A DNA stretch of 64,000 nucleotides from an uncultured Acidimicrobiaceae bacterium (GCA_963729275.1 CAVSNH010000014.1:1980-65979); one strand, 5' to 3'. Numbered from the stretch's first letter, positions 25,937 to 36,278 are shown. The notes: a model not told the origin generated them from the sequence alone. Made by a program: numbers and translations.

Positions 25937-27613
25937 ATGAGCAGCCCCTCGGGCGAGCGGCCACCGCCGTCGAGTGACGACCGAGAACGGGACCCGCCCG
26001 GCGGCGCAACCGTGCCATGGTGGCGTCGGGCCGTCGTCTACCAGATCTACCCTCGCTCCTTCGCCGACTCCGACGGCGACGGCATCGGCGACCTCAACGG
26101 CATCCGCGCCCATCTCCCCGACCTGGCCTGGCTCGGGGTCGATGCAGTCTGGCTGTCGCCGTTCTTCCCGTCTCCCATGGCCGACTTCGGCTACGACGTC
26201 GCCGACTACTGCGACGTCGACCCGGTCTTCGGCTCGCTGGCCGACTTCGACGCCCTCCTCGAAGAGGCCCACCGTCTCGGGCTGCGCGTGATCATCGACT
26301 GGGTGCCCAACCATTCGTCCGACCAGCACCCCTGGTTCCTCGACGCCCGCTCGTCACGGGCGAGCCCGCATCGCAATTGGTACGTGTGGCGTGACTCTGC
26401 ACCCGGGGACCGGCCGCCCAACAACTGGGTGTCCACCTTCGACATGACCCGGCCGGCCTGGACGAAGGACGAGGCCACCGGTCAGTGGTACCTGCACATC
26501 TTCGAGCCCGAGCAACCCGACCTCAACTGGGACGAGCCCGCGGTGGAGGCGGCCATGCACGACGTCCTGCGATTCTGGCTCGACCGCGGGGTCGACGGCA
26601 TCCGGGCCGACGTCATCCACTGCATCGGCAAGGACCCCGACCTGCCCGACGATGGGCCCGAGCGGGTCGGCGTCCCCCGCAGCGCCACCAATGACGAGCC
26701 CGTCACCCACGAGCGGCTCCGAGGACTGCGGAAGCTCATGGACGGCTACCCCGGCGAGCGCATGATGGTCGGCGAGGTCTACCTCCTCTCTCCGACTGCC
26801 GTGGCCTCCTATTACGGGGACGGGGACGAGCTGCAACTGGCCTTCAACTTCAAGCCGCTCTTCACGCCGTGGTGGCACCGCCCCTGGATCACTTCGATCA
26901 CCGAGACGGTGACGGCCATGGATGCCCGTCGGGCCTGGCCCACCTGGGTGCTCTCCAACCACGACAACCCGAGGCCCCGCACCCGCTACGACCGAGGGGC
27001 GGCGGCACGGGGAGAGACCGCCGACGTACGGGCCCGGCGGAGCGAACGGCGACTGCGGGCGGCCACCGTGCTGTTGCTCACCCTGCGGGGTACCCCGTTC
27101 CTCTACCAAGGCGACGAGCTCGGCCTCGAGGACGCGGTGATCCCCGCCGACCGGACCGTCGACCCCGGAGGCCGCGACGGCAGTCGGGCGCCACTGCCCT
27201 GGACGGGCTCCGACGACCACGGGTGGCCAAGCGCTCCGGGCGTCCGGCCATGGTTGCCGTTCCCACCTGAGGCCCACCGGCGTAACTACGCCATGATGCG
27301 CGACGACCCGGGATCCATCCTGCATCTGCACCGCCGGGCCCTTGCCCTGCGACGGACCGAGCCGGTCCTCGGAGATGGCGACTTCGCTCTGCTCCCGGCG
27401 CCGGAGGGGGTGGTCGCCTTCCGCCGATCGATCGGTAGCGATCAGTGGCTGGTGCTCGTCAACTTCACCGACGTCGCCGTCGAGGTGAGGGAATCTCCCG
27501 CGCTGGCCGGCACCGCTTCGATGCGCGTCGCCATCACCAGTGACGGCCACGGCGAGGGCGCACCATTCGGAGGGTCGGTGCGAGCGGACCAGGCGCTCGT
27601 GCTCCGGCCCTGA
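25937..27613 (+). CDS. GH13 alpha-glucosidase / oligo-1,6-glucosidase-like
   Basis: ATG with a GGGAGG RBS. Motifs are YQIYPRSFADSDGDGIGDL, GVDAVWLSPFF, DWVPNHSS and GIRADVIHC. Confidence 0.9.
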   Translation: MSSPSGERPPPSSDDRERDPPGGATVPWWRRAVVYQIYPRSFADSDGDGIGDLNGIRAHLPDLAWLGVDAVWLSPFFPSPMADFGYDVADYCDVDPVFGSLADFDALLEEAHRLGLRVIIDWVPNHSSDQHPWFLDARSSRASPHRNWYVWRDSAPGDRPPNNWVSTFDMTRPAWTKDEATGQWYLHIFEPEQPDLNWDEPAVEAAMHDVLRFWLDRGVDGIRADVIHCIGKDPDLPDDGPERVGVPRSATNDEPVTHERLRGLRKLMDGYPGERMMVGEVYLLSPTAVASYYGDGDELQLAFNFKPLFTPWWHRPWITSITETVTAMDARRAWPTWVLSNHDNPRPRTRYDRGAAARGETADVRARRSERRLRAATVLLLTLRGTPFLYQGDELGLEDAVIPADRTVDPGGRDGSRAPLPWTGSDDHGWPSAPGVRPWLPFPPEAHRRNYAMMRDDPGSILHLHRRALALRRTEPVLGDGDFALLPAPEGVVAFRRSIGSDQWLVLVNFTDVAVEVRESPALAGTASMRVAITSDGHGEGAPFGGSVRADQALVLRP

Positions 27614-27665
27614 CCTCGCACACGGCGAGATGGCTCGATGACGCTGCCCCTGTGCGGCGTTGCCG

Positions 27666-27911
27666 CTACCAGGCCTCTTCCCAGTAGTCCATCGTCCCCG
27701 AATCGCCGAGGGACATGGAGTGGGGACCGACGTGCCCGCTCCGCCGCACACAACACACGAGTGTGCCGATCCACGGCCCCTGGTCGATGCAATGGACGGC
27801 ACCGCATCGCTGCCACTGCGGCTCGACCGGGATGTCGAGATCCTGCAAGTTGTAGTCGTCCTGAGACCACGTAGCCGACCGACGTACGTGGTGGTGCGGA
27901 TCAATGGTCAC
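27666..27911 (-). CDS. small Cys-rich hypothetical protein
   Basis: About 81 aa from a GTG (VTIDPHHHV...CGAVHCIDQGPWIGTLVCCV...DYWEEAW). The RBS is weak and no family was recognised. The rest of track ORF 27666..28133 looks non-coding. Confidence 0.3.
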   Translation of the reverse strand: MTIDPHHHVRRSATWSQDDYNLQDLDIPVEPQWQRCGAVHCIDQGPWIGTLVCCVRRSGHVGPHSMSLGDSGTMDYWEEAW

Positions 27912-28428
27912 GACGTGTTCAGCCCCTCTGATGTCCTGCTTGCCTTCTCGCTCCTGTGCCGCCGGACTATGTAGACATGATCGGAATCTGGCGGCCGTAG
28001 CTGTAGCCCGGAATTGACCCTCGCCACCCAGGGAACCGAACCGGCCGGCCCTGACCTGGTCGTCGAGGTCCACAACCGGTCCGCCGGCCGGGGGCCCGAC
28101 CCGGCGTCGCCCCAGTGGCGCTCTCCGACGCAATGGGCCCGCCCGGGACAGCCGCCTCTCGCCCGACTGTCCCGGGCTACCCCATGGGTCCGGGCTATCC
28201 TTCGAGGGTTCCGGCGGAGGCGGTCATGGGATTTCCTGTTCGGACGATGTTTTCCCTCCCTTCTCGGCGGGCATCGACCAATGCCCCGTGGTGGGTCCTC
28301 GAAGGAAGGTGTTCAAGTTTTCACCACCCTCGTCCACCCGCTGTGGAAAAACTCCCTCGTATAGGCCCCTACCAGGGTGTTCTGTGGAGCTCGGCGTTCA
28401 AATTCCTTACAATCGATAGACTGCGGCC

Positions 28429-29412
28429 ATGAACGGGGCCACCAGCATCGAGGACATCGTCCGTCGCAACGTGGCCACCCTTCGCTCGAAGGCCAACCTC
28501 ACCCAACAGGCACTGGCCGACGAGATGCTGAACCGGGGAGTGGCCTGGACCCGCGAGACGGTGGCGCAGGTGGAGACCACCAACCGGCGCCTCGGTTTCA
28601 CAGAGGCAATCGCCGTCGCCGCCAGCCTCGACGTTCCCCTTGCCCGACTGACGGCGACCGGAGCCGACGTGGTGGCGGTGGGCGACAGCGAATGGACGAC
28701 CGCCTATCTCAGCGCCGCGGTGGCGGGTACGGCCGGTGACATCTTCGCAGCCGACAGCTACTCGAGCGCGGCGTTGACGCCGATTCCACCGGGTCCGCCG
28801 AGCCCGCCGAGCCGGGTCGTCGACCCCCTCGAAGACCGAGGCCGGCGGGGGCCGATCGGACGTCGGCGTAACCGGGACGCTCCCGACATGGACATCGACG
28901 AGCCCGAGCCCGTCGCCCCCGCTGCCTCCACCCAGCAGCGCACCGCCGAGCGGATCGAACGGCGGCTCCGACTCCGCGTCACGCCGGGTGACGTGGACAC
29001 CGCCGCCCAGCATCTCTGGTCGCGCAGCCTCGAGAGCGAACGCGAGCGGCGGGTGAGCGATCGGCACGCTCGTACCGGTGGCTCGCTCAAGACGATCCGC
29101 GGCCACGTCTCCCGCGATCTCGACCGCGAGCTCGCCCACGAGATGGAACGCAACGCCGACGTCGGACGGTCTACCGGAGCGGTGCCCATGACCCCGGAAG
29201 AGGCGGCGTGGGAGGCCACTCGACTCAACATCATCCTGGCCAACAAGGGCTACGCCGACAGCGACGTGACCCGCTGGTGGAATTTCACCCGGCACCGCGA
29301 GCTCGACGACCAGACGGTCGACGAAGCCTGGGAGGCGGGTCGCTACACCGACGTGAGCCGGCTCATCCAGTCCCTACCCGACACCCGAGTGGACGACGAC
29401 TACGACGAGTGA
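28429..29412 (+). CDS. XRE-family HTH protein with long linker and DUF2384-like (antitoxin Xre/MbcA/ParS-like) C-terminus
   Basis: 327 aa. The N-terminal HTH is LRSKANLTQQALADEMLNRGVAWTRETVAQVE. The C-terminus RWWNFTRHRELDDQTVDEAWEAGRYTDVSRLIQSL resembles the toxin-binding domain of RES-system antitoxins. A TACAAT -10-like hexamer lies at 28407-28412. Confidence 0.65.
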   Translation: MNGATSIEDIVRRNVATLRSKANLTQQALADEMLNRGVAWTRETVAQVETTNRRLGFTEAIAVAASLDVPLARLTATGADVVAVGDSEWTTAYLSAAVAGTAGDIFAADSYSSAALTPIPPGPPSPPSRVVDPLEDRGRRGPIGRRRNRDAPDMDIDEPEPVAPAASTQQRTAERIERRLRLRVTPGDVDTAAQHLWSRSLESERERRVSDRHARTGGSLKTIRGHVSRDLDRELAHEMERNADVGRSTGAVPMTPEEAAWEATRLNIILANKGYADSDVTRWWNFTRHRELDDQTVDEAWEAGRYTDVSRLIQSLPDTRVDDDYDE

Positions 29413-29430
29413 GGGCGCAGCAGAGGCCGG

Positions 29431-30114
29431 CTACGCCGGGCTGTAGGCGGCGATGAGCTCGGGGCTGTTGTTGCGCACCGAGCCCACCGCGGGATCGACC
29501 TTCCAGTGCTGGAGTACGCCGGCCGGCGGCCGGAGCAGCTTCTCCAACCCGGCCCGGTCCGGGTTGGCCCGGTCGAGCCACCGGTCCCAGACCTCCGGGT
29601 TCAGCACCGCCGGCTGGCGGTCGTGGATCCCGTCCATGTCGGGCCCGGCCTCGGTGGTGATGATGGTGGCGGTGTAGAGCTCGCCGCCTTCCGCGTCGCG
29701 CCAGCGCGCCTGCAGCCCGGCGAACACCAGCGCCTCACCGTCGCGACGGGTGAAGTAGTGCGGCTGCTTCTTGCCCGTCGGCACCGCCTCCCACTCGAAG
29801 AACCCGCTCACCGGCACGAGGATGCGCCACTTCTCGAATGCGTGCCGGTACATGGGCTTGGTCGCCACCGACTCGGCTCGGGCGTTGAAGGTCCTCTTGA
29901 CGGTGCTCGGGTCCTTCACCCATGCGGGGATGAGCCCCCATCGGTAGGCATGGAGGACCCTTTGGCCTTCCCGGTCGAGGTCGACACCGAGGATGGTGCG
30001 GCTCGGTCCGAGGTTCCATTCCGGTCGCCAGCCGTCGAGGTCCACCTCCAGGCGGGCGTCGAGCACACGGGCCACCCGCTCGGGCTCGTCGTAGAGGGCG
30101 ATGCGACCGCACAT
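29431..30114 (-). CDS. SOS response-associated peptidase (SRAP, YedK/HMCES family)
   Basis: Start moved to MCGRIALY, because this family needs the catalytic Cys2. Family sequence includes WGLIPAWVKD...FNARAESV...VPVSGFFEW. Confidence 0.85.
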   Translation of the reverse strand: MCGRIALYDEPERVARVLDARLEVDLDGWRPEWNLGPSRTILGVDLDREGQRVLHAYRWGLIPAWVKDPSTVKRTFNARAESVATKPMYRHAFEKWRILVPVSGFFEWEAVPTGKKQPHYFTRRDGEALVFAGLQARWRDAEGGELYTATIITTEAGPDMDGIHDRQPAVLNPEVWDRWLDRANPDRAGLEKLLRPPAGVLQHWKVDPAVGSVRNNSPELIAAYSPA

Positions 30115-30180
30115 CGGATCGAGCATAGGGGGACCCCGTGGCGGTGGCGGTGGTGGACGACGACGCGAGATCCTTCCTCG

Positions 30181-31085
30181 ATGACCGAGACCACGCCCCT
30201 CACCGCCTTGCTGTCGTGGACCTGGGTCGCCTTCACCATGGAGGTCGACAACTCCGTCGAATCGGAGGGGTCCGAGCGTGTCGGCCGTCTGTTCCGCATC
30301 TCCACTCCCATGTGGGCCAACGGTCTGCGCCTCATCGACGATGACGGCGTCACGGTCGAGGAGCTCCGGTCCCGGGCCCGGTCAGCCTGCAACATCGGCG
30401 GGCTCGAGCGTTGGGGGTAGGTCATCGTCGGTGACGCCGGCGGCCCACGTCGCCCCGGCTACGGCAGCAGTGGCGGCGTGACCGGTCGCACGGTGGTGCG
30501 GCCGACCGGATGCCCTGGTCACCCCCGGAGGTCCATCCGTCCGACGGCTTCTACACCCATGTCGTCGACGGCCCCCGTACTGGGGGCCCCGGCCTGCTCG
30601 CCCCATTGGGACAAGCCCTCACTGCCTTCACCCTTCAACACGAAGAGGGCGCCCGGGTGTCGCTGCCCACCGGCGCCAACACCCTCCGGGTGATCGATGC
30701 CGACCGTGTGCAGATTCGTGACCTGCCGCGCCTGTCGGGCGTCTACAAGGAGGCCGCCACCATGGCGGCCAAGTACCTCGAGAGGAAGGGATTGGCCGAG
30801 ATCCAACCTGACCGATCGATCACCCTGACGGCCGCCGGCCGAGACGCCCTCTCTGACTATCGGAAGCGGGCTGCCCGTCCCAGGGACAAGGGGCTCCGAG
30901 CTTCGCTCAACGCCATCCTGTCGGAGCGCGAGGTGCTGGCCGGCGGCCTCGTTCCTCCGCCAGGCGGTTGGCGAGGGACCAAGCCCTACCTCGCACAGAC
31001 CCAACGGATCCTCGCCGATCCGACACGGGCGTTGCCGTGGTGTCCGATGGTGCTACACCGCGGGGGTTGGCCCGACGGGTCCTAG
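30181..31085 (+). pseudogene. winged-helix DNA-binding protein gene, interrupted
   Basis: The N-terminal part (MTETTPLTALLSWTWVAFTMEVDN...GGLERWG) ends at an in-frame TAG (30418-30420), where relatives as I recall them read ERWGY. The C-terminal part (ORF 30510..31085) ends in the family-typical PMVLHRGGWPDGS but is in another frame. At least one stop and one frameshift are therefore present. Confidence 0.55.
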
Positions 31086-31110
31086 ACGACGAGACAGGGG
31101 CGCAGCAACC

Positions 31111-31365
31111 CTATCGGCGCACGCGTTGTAGCCGGCTGCTCCATTGGGTCACGGCGCGGTAGATGGTCTCGACCCGGTCGCCGCTGGCGATGCCGTCGTA
31201 GTAGCCGTCGTAGACCGCCTCGCACAGAGACCCGGTCGACCCACAGCAGTAGTGATCGGAAGTGAGGGTCCCCGGCTCGAGCTCGTGATGCACGGCCCGG
31301 CAAACCGGCTCATGGCTGCAGTCCGAGCCGAGGTTGTCGGCGATGACGGCACGCAGATCCACCAC
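31111..31365 (-). CDS. small Cys/His-rich hypothetical protein
   Basis: 84-aa ORF (DCSHEPVCRAVHHE...HYCCGSTGSLCE). No family was recognised. Confidence 0.3.
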   Translation of the reverse strand: MVDLRAVIADNLGSDCSHEPVCRAVHHELEPGTLTSDHYCCGSTGSLCEAVYDGYYDGIASGDRVETIYRAVTQWSSRLQRVRR

Positions 31366-31749
31366 TGCTGATCTTAATCCGCTCGGCTACCACCGAGGCC
31401 CGACTCGGATCGACAGGGTGCTGGGCCCGATCCGCGGGTGTCGGAGCCTGGCCCAGGGGAGCAAACGAGGCCTCGATCGTTCCGTGCACGGAAGGGCTTC
31501 GATCATGTCGACCAAACGACGGCTCCTCGTTCCTCTACGTGAGCGACGACTCGTTGTGGCCGCATCCGGCCGACGGTGTGCCCGTTCGGGTCGCCATCCC
31601 GCTTTACGCGACGTACTGGCTCTCGTACTACGGACGGGTGCCGTTCGCCGCGCAGTTCACCTGGTCGCAGGCCGCCGCCAACGAGACCGCCCGCCTGTCG
31701 AGAGTCGATCGGCAATGTTGATGGTGCAACCGCCGAAATCGCGCCGTCG

Positions 31750-32400
31750 TCACTGACCAGGAAACTGGTCGTCTGCCCCGGCCACGATTCGCCGGGCGGC
31801 GGTGGGTGGGGAGCCGGACAGACGCATCCGGATGGCGTCGGCACACTGCCCCGGGGTCATCTTCGACGTGTCGACCTCGATGTCGTAGATCCCCGGCACG
31901 TGCACCTCGCTCTGCCAACGTACGACCGGATCGGGAATCAGCCCATCCTTCCCGGTGGTGACGTAGACGCCCTGTCGACCAGGCTCAGCCCAGTGGCGAC
32001 GTTGCATGATGACTTCGACCGGACAATGGACGCCGACGAGGAGCACCGGTAGGTCCGCGAGTCGCCGCAGTGACCGGCGGAGGACGTCATGGCGGCGCCC
32101 GCCGGCGTCGTGGTATCCGACATCGACGACGACGTTGAGACACTGACGACTATGAGCGGCGACGGAATCGTAGAAGGCGGCATAAAGGCTCGGGATCAGC
32201 GATTCGATCTCCGGCCGCTCTCCACCGGGCCGCAGTCCCATTCCCGGGCGGTAGCGCGGCGGAGTCACGGAGCGAGAGAAGACGTCGACTCCGAGGTTCA
32301 TCCAGGGCCCGTCGAACGTGTCCTGGATCACCGCGACGATGCTCGACTTCCCGGAACGGGGTGGGCCGTTCAAGATGACGATCCATCCCGGCTCGCCCAT
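31750..32400 (-). CDS. chloramphenicol-phosphotransferase-like (CPT family) P-loop kinase
   Basis: 216 aa. The P-loop is ILNGPPRSGKSS, followed by PWMNLGVDVF, LLVGVHCP and YDIEVDTS, resembling Streptomyces CPT. Confidence 0.75.
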   Translation of the reverse strand: MGEPGWIVILNGPPRSGKSSIVAVIQDTFDGPWMNLGVDVFSRSVTPPRYRPGMGLRPGGERPEIESLIPSLYAAFYDSVAAHSRQCLNVVVDVGYHDAGGRRHDVLRRSLRRLADLPVLLVGVHCPVEVIMQRRHWAEPGRQGVYVTTGKDGLIPDPVVRWQSEVHVPGIYDIEVDTSKMTPGQCADAIRMRLSGSPPTAARRIVAGADDQFPGQ

Positions 32401-32468
32401 CAGCCCATGATCGCACGTGCTGTCGCGTCAGCAGCCCTGGCCCCCTCGACCGCGTGCTCATCCGGCCG

Positions 32469-33260
32469 CTAGCTCAGCACGTCCTTGCGGTTGAACCACC
32501 ACCAGCCGATGGCGAGGAACACGATGACGTAGGGCACCTGAAGGGCGACGCCGTGGAGCATCTCCGAGGTCCGCGTCTGTTGGAAGAAAAGGCTCTGCCA
32601 GGCATTCACGTAATGGGTGGGGTAGATGTAGCTCGTCCCGTTAAGGGCAGAGATGTTGTTGAGGATCTGGGATACCACGCCGAGCCCCACACCGCCGGCC
32701 ACCGCCGCGAAGGCAGAGTCGGTCATGGTCGACAGCATGAACGCGAAGGCAAGGTAGGCAGCTTGGCTCCAGGCCACGTACAGGGTCGACAGTGCCAGTC
32801 GACCGATCGCACCGGCCTGCGAGACGGTCGTGAGCGTGGGGGTCGTGACCGGGTGCCATCCGAAGGCGAGCGTTCCCACCGCCAGCCCGACCAGGGAAAC
32901 CACGAAGGTGGCAGCCACGGCCAACGCCGCGGCGATCAGCAATTTGGACCCGAGGAGCCGGTTCCGTGAGACGGGTCGCACCAAGAGGTACCGGAGCGTC
33001 CCCCAGCTGGCCTCTCCGGAAACGGAATCCCCGGCGAACAGGGACACGACCACGATCAAAAGGAAGGCGCTCTCCCCGGCCAGCGCGGCAATCGGGATGT
33101 TGATGCCGGAGGCCGTCAGGTCGAAGAGTCCGAGCGCGGCGCCGTGCGGAGGATTGACCTTGAAGGCGATCGTGAAGATGATGGGGATGACCGCCACCAG
33201 GGCCAGCCCGACATAGGTGCGCAGCCGCCACACCTGCTTGCGGGCTTCGACGGCGATCAC
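32469..33260 (-). CDS. ABC-2-type transporter permease
   Basis: 263 aa with six TM helices. The GTG start overlaps the stop of the upstream ATPase (GTGA at 33257-33260). Confidence 0.8.
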   Translation of the reverse strand: MIAVEARKQVWRLRTYVGLALVAVIPIIFTIAFKVNPPHGAALGLFDLTASGINIPIAALAGESAFLLIVVVSLFAGDSVSGEASWGTLRYLLVRPVSRNRLLGSKLLIAAALAVAATFVVSLVGLAVGTLAFGWHPVTTPTLTTVSQAGAIGRLALSTLYVAWSQAAYLAFAFMLSTMTDSAFAAVAGGVGLGVVSQILNNISALNGTSYIYPTHYVNAWQSLFFQQTRTSEMLHGVALQVPYVIVFLAIGWWWFNRKDVLS

Positions 33261-34162
33261 GAGCGCTCCAGGATCCCGATGAAGGCATCCTCCAGATGGT
33301 GGCGAGCCGTGATCGTCTCCACGCCGACTCCAGCTCCGACCAGGGCGGCGACGACCTCTCGGCGCTCGATGCCGTCGAGCTCGACGGACAGCCCAGAGCC
33401 CTCGGGTGCAACCTGACCGACGCCTTCGATGGCGTCGAGCACTCGTCTGGCCGCGGGGACATCGTCGACCTCGAGGTAGACGGCCGTCGTCGCACTCAGG
33501 AGATCGGACACCGCACCAGTCGTTACCAGCCGCCCCTTGTTCATCACGGCGACGTGGTCGCAGACCTGCTCCACCTCACTCAAGAGATGGCTCGATACGA
33601 GCACGGTTGTCCCGGCCTCGGCCACACGCCGGAGGACCACTCGTGTTTGCCGCATCTGCTGAGGGTCGAGCCCGTCGGTCGGCTCGTCCAATACCAGCAG
33701 GTCCGGTGACCCCAGAAGGGCCTGGGCGAGCCCCAGGCGTTGGCGCATGCCGTGGGAGTACGTCTTGTACTTACGGTCGGCGGCGTCACCGAGATCGGCG
33801 ATGTCCAGAGCGTCGTCCAGATGTGCGTCCGCCATCGATGCCCGTCCCGCTCTCCAGAACAACTCCAGGTTCTGGCGCCCGGACAGGTGCGGCACGAAGC
33901 CCGGACCCTCGACCAGCACCCCCACCCGACGGAGTACCGGTGCGCCGGGCTTGGCCACGTCGCCGAAGATGCGAACCTGGCCTGAGGTCGGGTGGATCAG
34001 ACCGACCAGCATTCGCATGGTCGTGGTCTTGCCGGCCCCGTTCGGCCCGAGCAGCCCGAACACACTGCCACTCTCGACCGACAGGTTGAGGTCGTCGACG
34101 GCCAGGACGTTGCTGTCGTAGCGTTTGGTCAGTCCGTCGATGACAATCGGGGTCGTCGCCAC
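33257..34162 (-). CDS. ABC transporter ATP-binding protein (ABC-2/DrrA-like)
   Basis: 301 aa. Walker A is GPNGAGKTT, signature YSHGMRQRLGLAQAL, Walker B LLVLDEPTDGLD. Confidence 0.9.
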   Translation of the reverse strand: MATTPIVIDGLTKRYDSNVLAVDDLNLSVESGSVFGLLGPNGAGKTTTMRMLVGLIHPTSGQVRIFGDVAKPGAPVLRRVGVLVEGPGFVPHLSGRQNLELFWRAGRASMADAHLDDALDIADLGDAADRKYKTYSHGMRQRLGLAQALLGSPDLLVLDEPTDGLDPQQMRQTRVVLRRVAEAGTTVLVSSHLLSEVEQVCDHVAVMNKGRLVTTGAVSDLLSATTAVYLEVDDVPAARRVLDAIEGVGQVAPEGSGLSVELDGIERREVVAALVGAGVGVETITARHHLEDAFIGILERS

Positions 34163-34394
34163 GAGAGCGTCAGGCTCGCGCTTGTGTCAGAGCCGCCGAG
34201 AAATGCACGAGCGCAGGATAATCCCCAGTGAGCGATCACCGAAGTGATCGATGAAATGGCCGGGCGTTGCCGCCACCGTCCGGCGTGAGTGGGCCAAGAG
34301 CGAAGCGAAGGCCTCGAGCGACGAGGCAATCGGTCGGCCTGTGCGGTGTCCGCCCGGTGCGTCAGTGCCGTCCCACAAAGTGTTCGGCCTAGGG

Positions 34395-35513
34395 CTATCG
34401 GTGGCGTGACCAGACCCCGGCTCGTTGCAGATCGGCGGCAGTGACGACACCGGCCAGCCGGTTGTCGGCGTCGAGCACGAGAGCGGGCCGGCCGCCACTG
34501 GACGTCATGCGCCCGAGCAACATGTCCATCGACTCGTCCGGGCTGGCCGTGAGAACGCCACTGAGCGGGATGGCGATCTGGGCCAGGGTCGTGGTCGATC
34601 GCCGCTCGGGTGGCACGGCATGGACCGCCTGAGCCGTGACCACCCCGGCCAGCCACCCGTTGTCGTCGGTGACGGCGATGGCGTGTCCCTGGTACTGCCC
34701 AAGGTGGCGATTGACGAGCTCATCGACGGTGATGCCCTGGGGCACCGTGGGCGGGTGCGGGGTCATGACCTGACCCACTTTCAGGTCGCTCAGGGCTCCA
34801 TGAAGGACGGCGTACCGTTCCTCGGCTCGCGCCGAGGAGTAGAGGAACAGGCCGATGAGAGCCGACCACAGGCCGGTGATGCCTACCTCGACGAATGCGA
34901 AGACGCCGACGGCAATGAGAAGGACGGCGAATCCGCGGCCGGTCCGTGCCGCGGCAATCGAGGCGCGTGAGTGGCTGCCCCAACGGCGCCAGAGGCCGGC
35001 CCGGAGGATGCGACCGCCGTCGAGAGGAGCAGCGGGAATCAAGTTGAATATCGCCAACGCCACGTTGATCTCCCACAGCCACGACAGGGTGTCGACGAGC
35101 ACGCCGCGCACTCCGATTTCGACGAGCACTACCTCGACGGCAGCGAAGAAGGCGGCCAGCATGAGGCTGGTCGCCGGGCCCACCGCGGCGATGCGAAAGT
35201 CAGCCCCTGGGGTACGGGCTTCTCCCTCGAGCTGTGCGACACCACCGAACAGGAAGAGGGTGATCGATCGAACGCCGACTCCGTTGCGCCTGGCGACCAG
35301 GGAGTGCGAAACCTCGTGGGCCAGCAGGGAAGCCAAGAGGACCACGGCTCCGATCACGCCGGCGATCCAATCGACGGTGTCGGGAGTCCCGCCCTGTGGA
35401 GGGAGCACGTAGTCGGCGAGGTTCCAAGCAAAGAGGGCGAGGATGAGGAACACGCTCCAATTCACACCCACCGCGATCCCGAAGAAGGTTCCGAGGCGGA
35501 TGCTCTGTCTCAT
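34395..35513 (-). CDS. site-2 (M50) metalloprotease with CBS domain pair
   Basis: 372 aa. The HExxH motif is HEVSHSLVARRNG and NLIPAAPLDGGRIL is also present. The C-terminus has tandem CBS-like repeats. Confidence 0.85.
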   Translation of the reverse strand: MRQSIRLGTFFGIAVGVNWSVFLILALFAWNLADYVLPPQGGTPDTVDWIAGVIGAVVLLASLLAHEVSHSLVARRNGVGVRSITLFLFGGVAQLEGEARTPGADFRIAAVGPATSLMLAAFFAAVEVVLVEIGVRGVLVDTLSWLWEINVALAIFNLIPAAPLDGGRILRAGLWRRWGSHSRASIAAARTGRGFAVLLIAVGVFAFVEVGITGLWSALIGLFLYSSARAEERYAVLHGALSDLKVGQVMTPHPPTVPQGITVDELVNRHLGQYQGHAIAVTDDNGWLAGVVTAQAVHAVPPERRSTTTLAQIAIPLSGVLTASPDESMDMLLGRMTSSGGRPALVLDADNRLAGVVTAADLQRAGVWSRHR

Positions 35514-35657
35514 CGTGTTCCTGCGTTCGTCGAAGGCTCCGCTGGCTCTCCGAGATTAGTCGGGCCCACTCCGCCTCTCGCCGTCGGCCTCGTCGCCCCT
35601 TCCAGTGGTCACCCTCGCGCCCTGGTACCCGGACGGCTGAGTGGACTGCCAAACTAG

Positions 35658-36278
35658 GTGCTCGTGCGCCCTAATCCTCTTCACGCCTCCGACGATCCGG
35701 AGGTGGTCCGCCGGCTGATCCGCGAGAACCCATGGGGGATTCTGGTCAGCAACAACAACGGCGAGTTGGTCGCTTCTCACTACCCGATCCTGCTCGACGA
35801 GGAAGCCGAGGGATTGACCGTCCTGACCCACGTCGGCCGGCCCGACGACACGCTCCACGGATTCGGCGACCGCGAGATCTTGCTGATCATCCAGGGTCGC
35901 CATGGGTACATCTCTCCCAGCTGGTACGGGCCAGGAGCGATTCGAGCGCCGACCTGGAACTTCAGCACCGCCCACTGCTATGGCGTTCCCCAGATCCTCG
36001 ACGAGGACGACAATCTCGCCGTGCTCGGCGGACTTGTCGCCCACTTCGAACGTCACGTGGAAGAACCACTGCTGCTCGACCCGGAATGGGGTCGACCGCT
36101 GTCCCGAGGGACGATGGGGATCCGACTGCCGATCTCGCGCTTCATCTGCAAGGTCAAGATGAGCCAGGACAAGGATCCCGTGACCCAGCGACAGGTGATG
36201 GCGGCCCTGCGCACGCCCGGGCCCTTCTCCAATCCCGAGCTCGCCGACGACATGGCGCGGGCGCTTTCCCCCTCGTAG
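35658..36278 (+). CDS. FMN-binding negative transcriptional regulator (PaiB family)
   Basis: 206 aa (RRLIRENPWGILVSNNNGELVASHYPILLDE...GYISPSWY). Confidence 0.8.
   Translation: MLVRPNPLHASDDPEVVRRLIRENPWGILVSNNNGELVASHYPILLDEEAEGLTVLTHVGRPDDTLHGFGDREILLIIQGRHGYISPSWYGPGAIRAPTWNFSTAHCYGVPQILDEDDNLAVLGGLVAHFERHVEEPLLLDPEWGRPLSRGTMGIRLPISRFICKVKMSQDKDPVTQRQVMAALRTPGPFSNPELADDMARALSPS

Noticed and set aside
31539-31721. 60-aa plus-strand ORF (…SLWPHPADGVPVRVAIPLYATYWLSYYGRVPFAAQFTWSQ…).
   Set aside because: The composition is protein-like, but there is no RBS. The open frame extends upstream without a start, and no family was recognised. It may be a fragment of a lost gene and is too weak to call.
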